Source of the DNA: Mariniphaga sp.
Lineage (GTDB): Bacteria; Bacteroidota; Bacteroidia; Bacteroidales; Prolixibacteraceae
Length of the DNA: 64,000 bases
Assembly (NCBI GenBank): GCA_041686935.1
Contig: JAWLCW010000005.1
Coordinates: forward strand, 179,715-243,714
Direction of reading: 5' to 3'
Positions 54,712 through 64,000 of the stretch are shown here, piece after piece. Both the position numbers and the translations under genes were made by a program. The notes below the pieces were generated by a model that did not search any database, had not been told where the DNA came from, and was given only the letters and a program-made list of their open reading frames with translations. Numbering within the stretch: position 1 is the stretch's first letter; every line of letters begins with the position of its first letter.

Positions 54712-55608
54712 TTAGCTTTTCCGAAGTACATCCAAAACATGGTTTCTGAGGGCTTTTGTGTTCAGCGCTCCGGTTACATGCCCGTTTTCAATTACTTTTA
54801 CCGAATGCCCGGTGTAGCTTTCTTTTTGCACATCGTATTCAATAAACTGGTCGAACCGTCCCAACAATGGAAAAATATTTAGTGTTGTTACTTTTTTAAA
54901 AGCGCCATCAAAATTCAGAACTTTTCTTAATGCACCAGGGTTTTTTAGCGCATTTTCAGCAGTAAGTTTTTTGTATTTGCTTCGAATAAACAATTCTCCC
55001 AAAAAGGTGCCGGCCATCAGAGGAACATAGGCTGTGGAAGTATTGAAATAACTTCGGTGCAAATTGGTTACCCAACCGCCCAGACTGATTCCCGAGGTTA
55101 GAATTTTATCGCATCCTTTAGGGTGCAATGCAGAAATCAGCGCTTCGTTTAATTTTACTGATGTGGCAATCATCGCTGCAAAATTCTCCAAATCAGTCAT
55201 TTTATTCTGATAGTCTTTAAGCGAACTGTTATGAAATGGCGCCCTGACTACAATCAGATTTGCCTGAATTTCTTCCTTTGTGTTTACAAAAATCTGGTAA
55301 AACGTGTTTTTTGCACTTTTTCTTAAATCGAAAGATCGTTCGTTGTTTCCGTGATGGTAAATGATTACCGGAAAATCTTTGCCATACCATTTTACGATTT
55401 TGAATGCGGGATCTAAAATTCCAATGGGACTTTCGGCCGCCAGCTCATAAGTTCCTTCCTGAATTGTTTCGGGAAATTTGATTTTCGTTTTTTCAACCAG
55501 TTCAAAAAAAGGCTGGGATTCCTGACTGTGACTGAAAAATTTCTTTTTTCCGGTTGCCAGCGCACCAATTGTTGCAGTAAGTTTGTCGAGAAAAATATGA
55601 TGGTTCAT
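54712..55608 (-). CDS. Alpha/beta hydrolase-like protein
   Basis: 298 aa with a GISLGGW nucleophile-elbow-like motif. Confidence 0.45.
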   Translation of the reverse strand: MNHHIFLDKLTATIGALATGKKKFFSHSQESQPFFELVEKTKIKFPETIQEGTYELAAESPIGILDPAFKIVKWYGKDFPVIIYHHGNNERSFDLRKSAKNTFYQIFVNTKEEIQANLIVVRAPFHNSSLKDYQNKMTDLENFAAMIATSVKLNEALISALHPKGCDKILTSGISLGGWVTNLHRSYFNTSTAYVPLMAGTFLGELFIRSKYKKLTAENALKNPGALRKVLNFDGAFKKVTTLNIFPLLGRFDQFIEYDVQKESYTGHSVKVIENGHVTGALNTKALRNHVLDVLRKS

Positions 55609-55613
55609 ATTTT

Positions 55614-56222
55614 TTAGAAATTTGGCAAAAGTTCAATAAACCGGCTAAATAGGGAAGGCCTTAAAATAATTGGGAAAATGAAACCGAAAACGGCTCCCAG
55701 AAAATGTGCGTCGTGGGCCACATTGTCGGTTTTGCGTTTGCCCATTTGATAGGAATAGATGAGGTAGCCTACACCAAAAACAATTCCCGGGATGGGGATA
55801 ATGGCAAACAGGTAAAGCATTTCCCACGGATCGAGAAAAATGAAAGTGAACAGCACGGCTGAAACCGCACCGGAAGCGCCAACAGCGTTGTAGTAGTAAT
55901 CGTTTTGGTGTTTTATCAGGCTCCAGACATTGGATGCCAGCATTCCGCCCAAATAGAGCAGGATAAAGTAGAAAACAGCTTTATTCCCGAAAAAGTAGCC
56001 AAAATAGCTCTCCACATTTCTTCCGAAAAAATAAAGGACCAGCATGTTTACAATCAGGTGGGTCCAGCTTACGTGCACAAACGCATGTGAAATTAACCGG
56101 TAATATTGTTTCCGGTGAACCACCTGCGCTGCATTGAACTGAAGTTTTTCCATGAGCGAAACATTCTGAAACGCCAGAAACGACACAACGGCGGTTATTC
56201 CTATTATTATATATGTAATCAT
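55614..56222 (-). CDS. Rhomboid family intramembrane serine protease
   Basis: 202 aa and multi-TM. HAFVHVSWTHL, the GASGAV serine motif and a distal AHDAH are present. Confidence 0.8.
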   Translation of the reverse strand: MITYIIIGITAVVSFLAFQNVSLMEKLQFNAAQVVHRKQYYRLISHAFVHVSWTHLIVNMLVLYFFGRNVESYFGYFFGNKAVFYFILLYLGGMLASNVWSLIKHQNDYYYNAVGASGAVSAVLFTFIFLDPWEMLYLFAIIPIPGIVFGVGYLIYSYQMGKRKTDNVAHDAHFLGAVFGFIFPIILRPSLFSRFIELLPNF

Positions 56223-57223
56223 CAGTGTAGAATTTTATAAATCATTTCTTTTTGCAGCTCAGCTTGATCGGTTAGGGTGGAAACTCCCATTCCTTTGCTT
56301 TTCAGGTCGTATTCGCGTAAAATGCCCATGATTTCATACAACTTTGTAGGATTGTATTTTTTAGATGCTGCAATAATTTTTTTGATATAAAAAGGGTGAC
56401 CGCCCATGGTTTTGATGGCGCCCTGTTCCGATTTGTCTGCTAAAAAATGGTAGGCAAAAATTTTGGAGAAATAGCCAAACAGCGTGGCAATGGTCATTTG
56501 TATGGGATTCTGCTGTGGGTTGGCGCCAAAGTAGTTGATGATTTTGTTGGCTTTAAGTACGTTTTTTGCGGCAAGGGCATCCTGCAGTTCAAGCACATTA
56601 AAATCTTTGCTCAACCCGATGTTTTTTTCGATGTGTTCGGGAGTAATCCGGTTGGTGTCTTTTACGGCAATCACCAGTTTGTTCAACTCGTTGGCAATTT
56701 TGCTGAGTCCGGTACCAAGCGAATCAGTTAAAATCTGACAAGCCTGGGGAGAAATCGTGTAATTATGTTGTTTCAGGTAATTATCTATCCAGGCCGGCAC
56801 CTGATTTTCGTATAATCTTTTTGTAGTAAGAATTACGCCCTTTGATTTGATGGCTTTATAAAGTTTGGTGCGGGCATCCAGGTTTTTGTATTTGTAATTG
56901 AGCACCAGAATGGTTGAGGACATAGGCCGTTCGGCATACGGAGCCAGGTTTTCAATTTTTTTCAGACTCTGTGCTTCTTTTACAATAACTACCTGTTTTT
57001 CTGTCATCATCGGGTAGCGCCACGAAGTTTCAGCAATGTTCTGTTCTTCGGTGTCTTTCCCGTAAAAAATGGTTTGGTTAAATCCTTTTTCAGCTTCGGA
57101 AAGCACATTTTTTTCTATATAGTTTGAAACCTGGTCGACAAAATAGGGTTCTTCACCCTGAAGCAAATAAATGGGATGGTAAACCTTTTTTTTCAGGTTT
57201 TGCATGATGGCTTCAAATTCCAT
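56222..57223 (-). CDS. holA: DNA polymerase III subunit delta
   Basis: 333 aa. The N-terminal block PIYLLQGEEPYFVD is typical of HolA, and the size and helical C-terminus fit. Confidence 0.8.
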   Translation of the reverse strand: MEFEAIMQNLKKKVYHPIYLLQGEEPYFVDQVSNYIEKNVLSEAEKGFNQTIFYGKDTEEQNIAETSWRYPMMTEKQVVIVKEAQSLKKIENLAPYAERPMSSTILVLNYKYKNLDARTKLYKAIKSKGVILTTKRLYENQVPAWIDNYLKQHNYTISPQACQILTDSLGTGLSKIANELNKLVIAVKDTNRITPEHIEKNIGLSKDFNVLELQDALAAKNVLKANKIINYFGANPQQNPIQMTIATLFGYFSKIFAYHFLADKSEQGAIKTMGGHPFYIKKIIAASKKYNPTKLYEIMGILREYDLKSKGMGVSTLTDQAELQKEMIYKILH

Positions 57224-57224
57224 A

Positions 57225-57995
57225 TCAGAATTTTAAGTGTTTAACTGAAAGTCCGTTGTTTTTGATTTCGAGAAGTGCATCAATTCCGGCCTGAATGTGT
57301 ACATCCACATATTTCAGGGTAACCAGTTTATCGCTGTCGCTGGTTTTTACCCCGGCTGAAATCATGGGCTGGTCAGAAACCAGAAGCAGCGCCCCGATTG
57401 GAATTTTATTGGCAAATCCCACAGTAAAAAGCGTTGCCGTTTCCATATCGATGGCAATCGCCCGGGTTTTCTGAAGGTATTTTTTAAACTTCTCGTCGTA
57501 TTCCCAAACCCGGCGATTGGTGGTGTAAACCACTCCTGTCCAATAGTCGTGGCCAGAGTTTCGAAGCACATGAGAAACCGCCCGTTGAATATTAAATGCC
57601 GGCAGAGCTGGCACTTCAGGCGGCATGTAGTCGGAGGATGTTCCTTCATTCCGGATGGCGGCAATAGGCAGGATAAAATCGCCCAGTTGGTTTTTCTTTT
57701 TCAGGCCGCCGCATTTACCCAAAAACAAAACGCCTTTGGGTTTCAAGGCACTAAGTAAATCCATAACGGTTGCTGCGTTGGGACTTCCCATACCAAAATT
57801 AATGATGGTAATTCCTTCTGCCGTGGCGTTTGGCATGTTTTTATCGCTACCCACAATGGGCACTTCAAAACGCAGCGAAAATTTTTCTACATAGTTGGCG
57901 AAATTGGTGAGCAGAATGTATTCACCAAAATCTTCCAGTTTTTTTCCCGTATAGCGGGGAAGCCAGTTATCTACAATTTCTTTTTTTGTTTTCAT
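57225..57995 (-). CDS. amn: AMP nucleosidase (short, catalytic-domain type)
   Basis: I chose the start at MKTKKEIVDNWLPRYTG (ATG at 57995). A PNP_UDP-fold block GKCGGL and IDMETA are present. Confidence 0.75.
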   Translation of the reverse strand: MKTKKEIVDNWLPRYTGKKLEDFGEYILLTNFANYVEKFSLRFEVPIVGSDKNMPNATAEGITIINFGMGSPNAATVMDLLSALKPKGVLFLGKCGGLKKKNQLGDFILPIAAIRNEGTSSDYMPPEVPALPAFNIQRAVSHVLRNSGHDYWTGVVYTTNRRVWEYDEKFKKYLQKTRAIAIDMETATLFTVGFANKIPIGALLLVSDQPMISAGVKTSDSDKLVTLKYVDVHIQAGIDALLEIKNNGLSVKHLKF

Positions 57996-58112
57996 TTCCC
58001 TAAAATTACAGCAGAATCGTTTATTTTGTTCAAAATAGCAGGTCAATACAAAAGTACATTTTTCCGGTTGGCCTGCAATATTTGTTTATAAGTTAAGTAG
58101 CGAAAAAAGCCG

Positions 58113-58553
58113 ATGCAGGAATTAAATTTACCCGTTTACGAATTCAGGATAAAAACAGAAGGAACGAAAAAATATATTTTCGATTTGGTGCGTAAGCGAT
58201 TTGTTTTGCTGACACCCGAAGAGTGGGTGCGGCAACATTTTATGCGTTATCTCATTGAAGAAAAAAAATACCCGGAATCGCTGATGGCTGTTGAGAAACA
58301 AATTACACTGAACGGGAAACTTTTCCGGTTCGATTTACTGGTGTACAGGCGAAGCGGCCAGCCGCTGCTCATTGCCGAATTTAAAGCTCCCGGCGTAAAA
58401 ATTTCGCAGGAAACGTTCGACCAGGTTGTGCGCTACAACATGGCTCTGAAAGTGGAAAGGGTGGTGGTTTCAAATGGTTTGCAGCATTTTGTATGCGAAA
58501 TTGATTACGAAGAAAACAGTTACCGGTTTTTGAAAGAAGTGCCGGAGTTCTAA
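58113..58553 (+). CDS. Stand-alone type I restriction enzyme HsdR N-terminal-domain protein
   Basis: 146 aa. Its pattern (PEEWVRQHF..YL...KKYP..LMAVE..I.....FRFDLLVY....PLLIAEFKAP) is PD-(D/E)xK-like, as in HsdR_N-domain proteins. Confidence 0.65.
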   Translation: MQELNLPVYEFRIKTEGTKKYIFDLVRKRFVLLTPEEWVRQHFMRYLIEEKKYPESLMAVEKQITLNGKLFRFDLLVYRRSGQPLLIAEFKAPGVKISQETFDQVVRYNMALKVERVVVSNGLQHFVCEIDYEENSYRFLKEVPEF

Positions 58554-58609
58554 AACGAAATTGCTAAAAAGAAATTTTGTTTTTTAGCCAATAAGAATCT
58601 TCAAAACCA

Positions 58610-59479
58610 TCACTGTTCAGACTTAAGAATTTCCTTCAACGCCTCTTCAATTGTTGGATACCTGAATTCAAATCCTGCTTCCAGAATTTTATCAGAAACA
58701 ACAGCCGGACTTTTTGTGAGCATTTCAGCAGCTTTTCCAAAAAAGAGTTTTAGTGCAAAAGGCGGAACAGGGATAAATGCCGGCCGGTTTATTTTTTTTG
58801 CCAATACACGGGTAAAGCCGCCATTATTTATTTGCTGCGGTGCAACCAGATTAAAAATTCCGGTGATATTGTTATTTTCTGTTGCCCATAAAAAAGCATT
58901 TGCCATATCTGTTTCGTGCACAAACGGAAAGGGTTGTTTGCCGTTGCCTATTTTTCCGCCAATGCCCAGTTTAAAAGGCAGCATCATTTTTTGTATGGTT
59001 GCCGATTGTTTTCCAAGCACTACAGAAATGCGGAATACGGTTAGCTGAACTTCTGCCGGAAGGTTGTTCCATGCTGCTTCCCAGTCTTTTACCACTTCAC
59101 CCAAAAAACCGGTGTCAAAATCGTAGCTCTCTTCGCTGTGCGTTTTTCCGGTTGCATAAATTCCGGTGGCAGAAGCAGAAATCACTTTGCAGGGACGGTT
59201 TTCGGGGAAAAGAATATGAAATGCGCGGACCAGGTTTCGAACGGTAACTATACGGCTGTCGTAAATCACTTTTTTATTTTTCGTAGTCCATTTTTGCAAA
59301 ACGGGAGCCCCTGCGAGGTTTATAACCACATCGGCTCCTTTCAATTCCTGGGCAAGGTTTTCAGCCGGGCCGTAAAGTAATTCTCTTTCAACAGGTGAAA
59401 CTTTATGGCCGCGGTTCCTGAGTTCGGCAGTTATTCTTTGTCCCAGATATCCCGAAGCTCCTGTTATTTTTATATCCAT
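58610..59479 (-). CDS. TIGR01777/YfcH-type NAD-dependent epimerase-like protein (DUF1731 C-terminus)
   Basis: I chose the start at MDIKITGASGYLG (ATG at 59479). The Rossmann GxxGxxG is followed by a C-terminal block LEAGFEFRYPTIEEAL. Confidence 0.75.
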   Translation of the reverse strand: MDIKITGASGYLGQRITAELRNRGHKVSPVERELLYGPAENLAQELKGADVVINLAGAPVLQKWTTKNKKVIYDSRIVTVRNLVRAFHILFPENRPCKVISASATGIYATGKTHSEESYDFDTGFLGEVVKDWEAAWNNLPAEVQLTVFRISVVLGKQSATIQKMMLPFKLGIGGKIGNGKQPFPFVHETDMANAFLWATENNNITGIFNLVAPQQINNGGFTRVLAKKINRPAFIPVPPFALKLFFGKAAEMLTKSPAVVSDKILEAGFEFRYPTIEEALKEILKSEQ

Positions 59480-59608
59480 AGCCTTTTTCATTTTCAACCG
59501 AAATTACAATATTGTAGATTAAAATTAACATATTTCAAAAGTTATTGTTTCTGTTACCCTTCAAAACCTTTGATTTGCTACTTTTACACCCTGAAAACAA
59601 AAGCTGGA

Positions 59609-61414
59609 ATGTTCCGAAAGATTCGCATTATATGGCAAAGGTACTCGCGGCACTGGCTACAGCGGCTCATTTTATGGCGCATTGCCCGTTTTCCCGAGCG
59701 GCAATTTCTTTATCTGCTGAGCTTTGTGGTTGGAATTGTTAGCGGCCTTGCTGCCCTTATTCTGAAAAATCTTATTCATTTTGTGGCTGAAAAACTTACA
59801 AGCTGGTTTGAAGTAGATTCCATCAGCTACCTTTACCTCGTATATCCGTTTATTGGTATTCTGTTTACTGTTTTATTTGTGCGTTATATAATAAAGGACA
59901 ATATCGGGCATGGAGTATCCAAAATACTGTATGCCATTTCGCGGCAGAGCAGCAGACTGAAAACGCACAACACCTGGTCTTCTATGGTGGCCAGTTCACT
60001 AACAATTGGTTTTGGCGGCTCGGTTGGGGCCGAAGCGCCCATTGTACTCACCGGCGCTTCTATTGGATCCAATCTCGCCCGGTTGTTTCGCCTGAATTAC
60101 AAATACATTACCCTGATGATTGGTTGCGGGGCAGCAGGCGCCATTGCCGGTATTTTTAATGCTCCTATTGCCGGAATTGTATTTACCCTCGAAGTGCTGA
60201 TGCTCGACCTTACCATGGCATTTCTTATTCCTCTGCTTATTTCAGCAGTAACAGCCACCATGATTTCATACTTTTTTATGGGCGAGGATGTGTTGTTACA
60301 CTTTGCACAGGTACATCCTTTTTCCGGGAATACCGTTTGGTTTTACATTTTGCTGGGAATATTTACGGGTATGGTTGCTATTTATTTTTCACGAATGACC
60401 ATGTACCTGGAAGCAAAGTTTAAAACCATAAAATCCTGGACATTCAGGTTATTGATTGGCGGTTCAATTATGGGTTTGCTGGTTTTTCTTTTTCCTCCGC
60501 TTTGGGGCGAAGGTTATCGCGAAATTTCAATGATTTTTAACGGGAATGGCAATGATTTGCTCCATAACTCCATGTTTTTCAGATGGAAGGACAGTCCTTA
60601 TATTATTCTGGTTTTTCTATCGGGAATATTGATTTTTAAGGTTATTGCCATGGTAGCTACCACAGGTTCGGGTGGTATAGGTGGTATTTTTGCCCCCACA
60701 CTTTTTATGGGCGCTATTGCCGGGTATTTTTTTGCTTTATTAATTAATGCAACCGGAAAATTTGAACTTCCCGGCGATAATTTTGCTTTGGCTGGTATGG
60801 CCGGAATGATGGCGGCAGTAATGCATGCACCGCTGACAGCCATTTTTTTAACGGCCGAAATGACCAGAGGTTACGAATTGATTATTCCGTTGATTATTAC
60901 TTCAACTGTGGCTTATGTAACCATTATGAAATTTGAACCCTATTCGGTTTATACCAAACGTTTGGCACAGACCGGCGACCTGCTGACTCACCATAAAGAT
61001 AAAACGGTTTTGCGTATGATGAATGTTCGCAATCTTATTGAAACCGATTTTGAGGTACTGGCTCCTGATGCAACTTTACGCGATTTGGTTAAGGCGATAT
61101 CTGTTTCGCACCGAAACCTTTACCCGGTGGCAGATAAAGACGGAACGCTTAAAGGAATGGTAAAACTGGCCGACGTACGGACTCTCATATTTGAACACGA
61201 ACTTTACGATAAGGTAATGGTGAAGGATTTAATGTACATGCCCGAGTCGTTTATTTCACCTGAAGACAGTATGGAAAAAGTAGCCGAAAAGTTTGAAACC
61301 TCGGGCCGCTATAATCTGGCAGTTATTGAAGATGGAAAATATCTTGGCTTCATTTCCCGGGCAGTGGCATTCTCCAAATACCGCAAAACGGTTCAGGATT
61401 TTTCGCATGAATAG
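59609..61414 (+). CDS. ClC-family chloride channel/antiporter with C-terminal CBS pair
   Basis: I chose the start at ATG 59609 (MFRKIRIIW...). The ClC selectivity motifs are GGSVGAEAP, GIFNAPIAG and GIFAPTLFMG. Two CBS-like repeats sit at the C-terminus. Confidence 0.85.
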   Translation: MFRKIRIIWQRYSRHWLQRLILWRIARFPERQFLYLLSFVVGIVSGLAALILKNLIHFVAEKLTSWFEVDSISYLYLVYPFIGILFTVLFVRYIIKDNIGHGVSKILYAISRQSSRLKTHNTWSSMVASSLTIGFGGSVGAEAPIVLTGASIGSNLARLFRLNYKYITLMIGCGAAGAIAGIFNAPIAGIVFTLEVLMLDLTMAFLIPLLISAVTATMISYFFMGEDVLLHFAQVHPFSGNTVWFYILLGIFTGMVAIYFSRMTMYLEAKFKTIKSWTFRLLIGGSIMGLLVFLFPPLWGEGYREISMIFNGNGNDLLHNSMFFRWKDSPYIILVFLSGILIFKVIAMVATTGSGGIGGIFAPTLFMGAIAGYFFALLINATGKFELPGDNFALAGMAGMMAAVMHAPLTAIFLTAEMTRGYELIIPLIITSTVAYVTIMKFEPYSVYTKRLAQTGDLLTHHKDKTVLRMMNVRNLIETDFEVLAPDATLRDLVKAISVSHRNLYPVADKDGTLKGMVKLADVRTLIFEHELYDKVMVKDLMYMPESFISPEDSMEKVAEKFETSGRYNLAVIEDGKYLGFISRAVAFSKYRKTVQDFSHE

Positions 61415-61426
61415 CCATTAATTTTC

Positions 61427-61434
61427 TATTTTTG
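61427..61434 (+). promoter_or_regulatory. Bacteroidota -7 promoter motif TAnnTTTG upstream of the asparaginase gene
   Basis: TATTTTTG lies 24 nt upstream of ATG 61458. Confidence 0.35.
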
Positions 61435-61457
61435 ACAATCACCAAAAAATTTTTCAG

Positions 61458-62453
61458 ATGTCAGCAACACGCCGTTCATTTTTAAAAACAGCCTCCCTGG
61501 GAATTGCAGGTTTGGGTTTGGTAAAATATTCCGGTGCCGGGCAGTTTTCGGGCCTGAACCAATTTCCGGTGGTTATTTCCACCTGGCGGCATGGATTGCC
61601 GGCTAATGATGCTGCCTGGGAAATTCTCTTAAATGGAGGTTATGCACTGGATGCTGTGGAGGCTGGAGTACGCGTGTCAGAAGCTGATCCGAATGTGATG
61701 ACTGTTGGGTATGGCGGTATTCCCGACGCCAGTGGAAAAGTTACACTCGATGCCTGCATTATGGATGAAAAAGGAAATGCCGGGAGCGTCGCTTATTTGC
61801 AATGCATCAAACATCCGGTCTCTGTTGCCCGGATGGTGATGGAAAAAACACCGCATGTGATGCTCAGCGGAAAAGGCGCTCAAAAGTTTGCCCTGGAGAA
61901 CGGTTTTAAAAAAGAAAAGCTGCGGACAAGGGAAATGCGTAAAAAATGGAGAAACTGGAAAAAAGAGGAACGCGAATTCAGTTCTAAAATTAACATAGAA
62001 AACCAGTTGGAAGAGAATCATGATACCATTAGTATGCTGGCAATTGATAAAAACGGACGTTTGTGCGGAGCCTGCACTACCAGTGGTATGGCTTTTAAGC
62101 GGCACGGCAGGGTAGGAGACTCGCCCATAATTGGCGCCGGTCTGTTTGTGGATGGCGATGTTGGCGGTGCAGCAGCAACCGGTTCGGGCGAACTGGTAAT
62201 GAAAACGTTGGGTTCCTTCCTGGTTGTGGAATTTATGCGCAGCGGAATGTCACCTGAGGAAGCCTGCGTTGCTGCCATTCAGCGAATTACTGAAAAAGTT
62301 GCGGATTACGAGGAGCACCAGATTGGATATGTTGCGGTAAACAAATCGGGCGAAATTGGCGCGGCCAGCCTGCAACCAGGATTCGACTTTGCGGTAAAAA
62401 CCCCGGAAGTTTCCGAACTCAGGGAAGCCGGTTCCTGGTTTAAAAAGTTGTAA
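61458..62453 (+). CDS. Glycosylasparaginase/isoaspartyl peptidase (Ntn hydrolase) with Tat signal
   Basis: 331 aa. The Tat-like signal is TRRSFLKTASLGIAGLG. The autoprocessing site HDTISM and the blocks GRVGDSPIIGAG and GSGE are present. Confidence 0.8.
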   Translation: MSATRRSFLKTASLGIAGLGLVKYSGAGQFSGLNQFPVVISTWRHGLPANDAAWEILLNGGYALDAVEAGVRVSEADPNVMTVGYGGIPDASGKVTLDACIMDEKGNAGSVAYLQCIKHPVSVARMVMEKTPHVMLSGKGAQKFALENGFKKEKLRTREMRKKWRNWKKEEREFSSKINIENQLEENHDTISMLAIDKNGRLCGACTTSGMAFKRHGRVGDSPIIGAGLFVDGDVGGAAATGSGELVMKTLGSFLVVEFMRSGMSPEEACVAAIQRITEKVADYEEHQIGYVAVNKSGEIGAASLQPGFDFAVKTPEVSELREAGSWFKKL

Positions 62454-62455
62454 AA

Positions 62456-62482
62456 AAAGCTGCCCTTTAATGAGCAGCTTTT
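62456..62482. terminator. Hairpin terminator between convergent genes
   Basis: AAAGCTGC (62456-62463) pairs with GCAGCTTT (62474-62481). An A-run lies upstream and T residues downstream, so it could act in both directions. Confidence 0.5.
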
Positions 62483-62544
62483 GCAAGGTGAGAGAATTTA
62501 ATTGGTAATTAAGTTATTTCAACTTCAAAATTAGATTTATCTGG

Positions 62545-63267
62545 TTAATAATCTTCGTAATGGGCAACAATTTTTTTGTTTTTCAGGATATTCACTATGG
62601 CATCAATAATTTCATCGTCCTGCAGCGATGCGTAGTTGAAGATTACATCAAAATCGTCGTTTGTAGCTTTTCTGCCTATAATCCTTTCAATAAAGGTGTC
62701 GCGTTTGGTGTCCATTTCCTTTACATATTTTACGGCTTCTGCCTGCGTAAAATCGCGCAACTGCATAATGCGGTTTATTCTCCACTCCATAGGAGCCTCA
62801 AGCCTTACATTCAGTTTGTTAGGCACTTCTCTCAGGATTACACCGGCCGAACGTCCGACAATGATTGTGCGTCCTTTGCAGGCAAGTCTGCAAACAACCC
62901 CTTTAAAAGTATCAATCAGTCTGTCATCTGAAATATCATAAATCGTTTCGTTTGAAAACGCCTTTGCCACCTGGCCCAGCATTTTCACAGCTTCATCGGT
63001 ATCATCGTACTCACCCGATTTAACCTCTTCAATGATGTCGTTCACCACTTCTTCAAAAATTTCTTTATCTACCCATTTCCACTCGGCATCGGTTTTGGTG
63101 TCCGACATATAGCTGTACCCGGTAAGGATTTTGGAGAGTTTGATTGCAATGCGCTGGGCCGAACAACCCGACTGCCTTGAAATGGTAACAACCGGCCCCG
63201 GAAAGTCACCGGTTTCGAGATTACAGCAGGTAATGGTTTTCATAAAACTTTTAATAAACTTTTCCAT
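62545..63267 (-). CDS. Cytidylate-kinase-like family protein
   Basis: 240 aa. VVTISRQSGCSAQRIA stands in place of the P-loop, as in cytidylate-kinase-like proteins, followed by IIVGRSAG. Confidence 0.5.
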   Translation of the reverse strand: MEKFIKSFMKTITCCNLETGDFPGPVVTISRQSGCSAQRIAIKLSKILTGYSYMSDTKTDAEWKWVDKEIFEEVVNDIIEEVKSGEYDDTDEAVKMLGQVAKAFSNETIYDISDDRLIDTFKGVVCRLACKGRTIIVGRSAGVILREVPNKLNVRLEAPMEWRINRIMQLRDFTQAEAVKYVKEMDTKRDTFIERIIGRKATNDDFDVIFNYASLQDDEIIDAIVNILKNKKIVAHYEDY

Positions 63268-63500
63268 TTTTCGGATGTATTGATTACCGTTTATGTTTTA
63301 ACCATTCGAAGTTACAATCAATTTTTTTTATATCGAACAATATATGTTGTAGAATAGGTTGTTATTGGAAATGTTATATAACAAGTTTTTTATGGCTGAA
63401 ATTTTTGTTTTGAAATAATGTTGAAAATAACGGAATTCAAACCCCGTTGTTAACCGGAAAAAAGGAAACAATATTTCTGTAAATTCCCTGGATTGGAATA

Positions 63501-64000
63501 TTATTTTGCTGGATTCATCTCATGCATGGTTGCCCTGTAAACCAGGGTTGTATATGGCGGCACTTTGGCCGTTCCTTTGGCGCCGAATGCAAAATCGGAA
63601 TGAATGTACATCTCAATTTCACTACCCTTGTTCATGTAACCAATCGCATTTATGAATCCGGCCACATCATGCGGTGGTTTATAAACAAAACGCCATTTTC
63701 CGTTTGAATGTATATCATTTGAATCTTCAATTTTGTTTCCGTTAGCAAACCCAATGTATGAAATGGTGCAGTCGTCTCCAATTTTGGGAAATGGCCCATC
63801 GCCTTTTTTTCTGACAATATAAAATATAGTCAAATCGGTGGTATCAATGTCGTGTCCCTCGTTTTCAAGTCGTTTCATCCATGCGTCAAGTTCTTCCCAT
63901 TCCATTTCCCGTGTTCGCGGTTCAGGATCATCTTTTGAACAGGATGCACCCCAGAACAAGATGGCGGTAACTAAAAGTGACGGTATAATTGCAATTCGTT
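63501..64000 (-). CDS. FKBP-type peptidyl-prolyl isomerase-like lipoprotein, 5' partial
   Basis: The reading frame continues upstream of the ORF-track start through a lipoprotein signal (...IPSLLVTAILFWGASC) to the window edge. The C-terminal FAFGAKGTAKVPPYTTLVYRATM resembles FKBP domains. Confidence 0.5.
   Translation of the reverse strand, partial: RIAIIPSLLVTAILFWGASCSKDDPEPRTREMEWEELDAWMKRLENEGHDIDTTDLTIFYIVRKKGDGPFPKIGDDCTISYIGFANGNKIEDSNDIHSNGKWRFVYKPPHDVAGFINAIGYMNKGSEIEMYIHSDFAFGAKGTAKVPPYTTLVYRATMHEMNPAK

Noticed and set aside
58113-58553. The HsdR_N-domain protein as a sign of a type I restriction-modification locus
   Set aside because: No hsdM, hsdS or full hsdR is nearby. The gene sits among housekeeping genes (amn, holA, rhomboid) with chromosomal composition, so it is probably a conserved stand-alone PD-(D/E)xK-like protein.

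Overview
This is a chromosomal window from a Bacteroidota-type genome. That assignment is inferred from Tat and lipoprotein signal peptides, a T9SS-type C-terminal sorting domain, TAnnTTTG promoter motifs and overall gene content. From 0 to 19.4 kb there is a long co-directional minus-strand carbohydrate-utilisation array. It holds GH-like enzymes, a CE15-like esterase, GH5, a BNR sialidase-like protein, a GntR regulator and an MFS transporter. It also holds a module of DhaK/DhaL, RpiB, two xylose-isomerase-like TIM barrels, a Tat-exported Gfo/Idh/MocA oxidoreductase and DUF1080. From 19.4 to 24.3 kb there is a conspicuously AT-rich accessory island. It carries a trypsin-like serine protease whose catalytic triad is split by a frameshift, and a 501-aa reverse transcriptase with a non-RT C-terminal extension. 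It also carries a GC-richer spacer bounded by inverted repeats, an Mrr-type nuclease, a truncated GrpB remnant and a RhuM gene. This island is my top candidate for an undescribed RT-based defence system. From 24.5 to 64 kb the content is core metabolism and housekeeping: iorAB, yjbQ, rarA, a small PIN-toxin islet, a PQQ sugar dehydrogenase, an acn-idh-icd-gltA TCA cluster with two different IDH types, and class I fumarase with a ghost copy of its 3' end. The same stretch holds several hydrolases, rhomboid, holA, AMP nucleosidase, a ClC channel and glycosylasparaginase. I recognised no rRNA, tRNA, CRISPR array, integrase or transposase. All functional calls come from motif recognition by eye on the supplied translations, and no database search was run.
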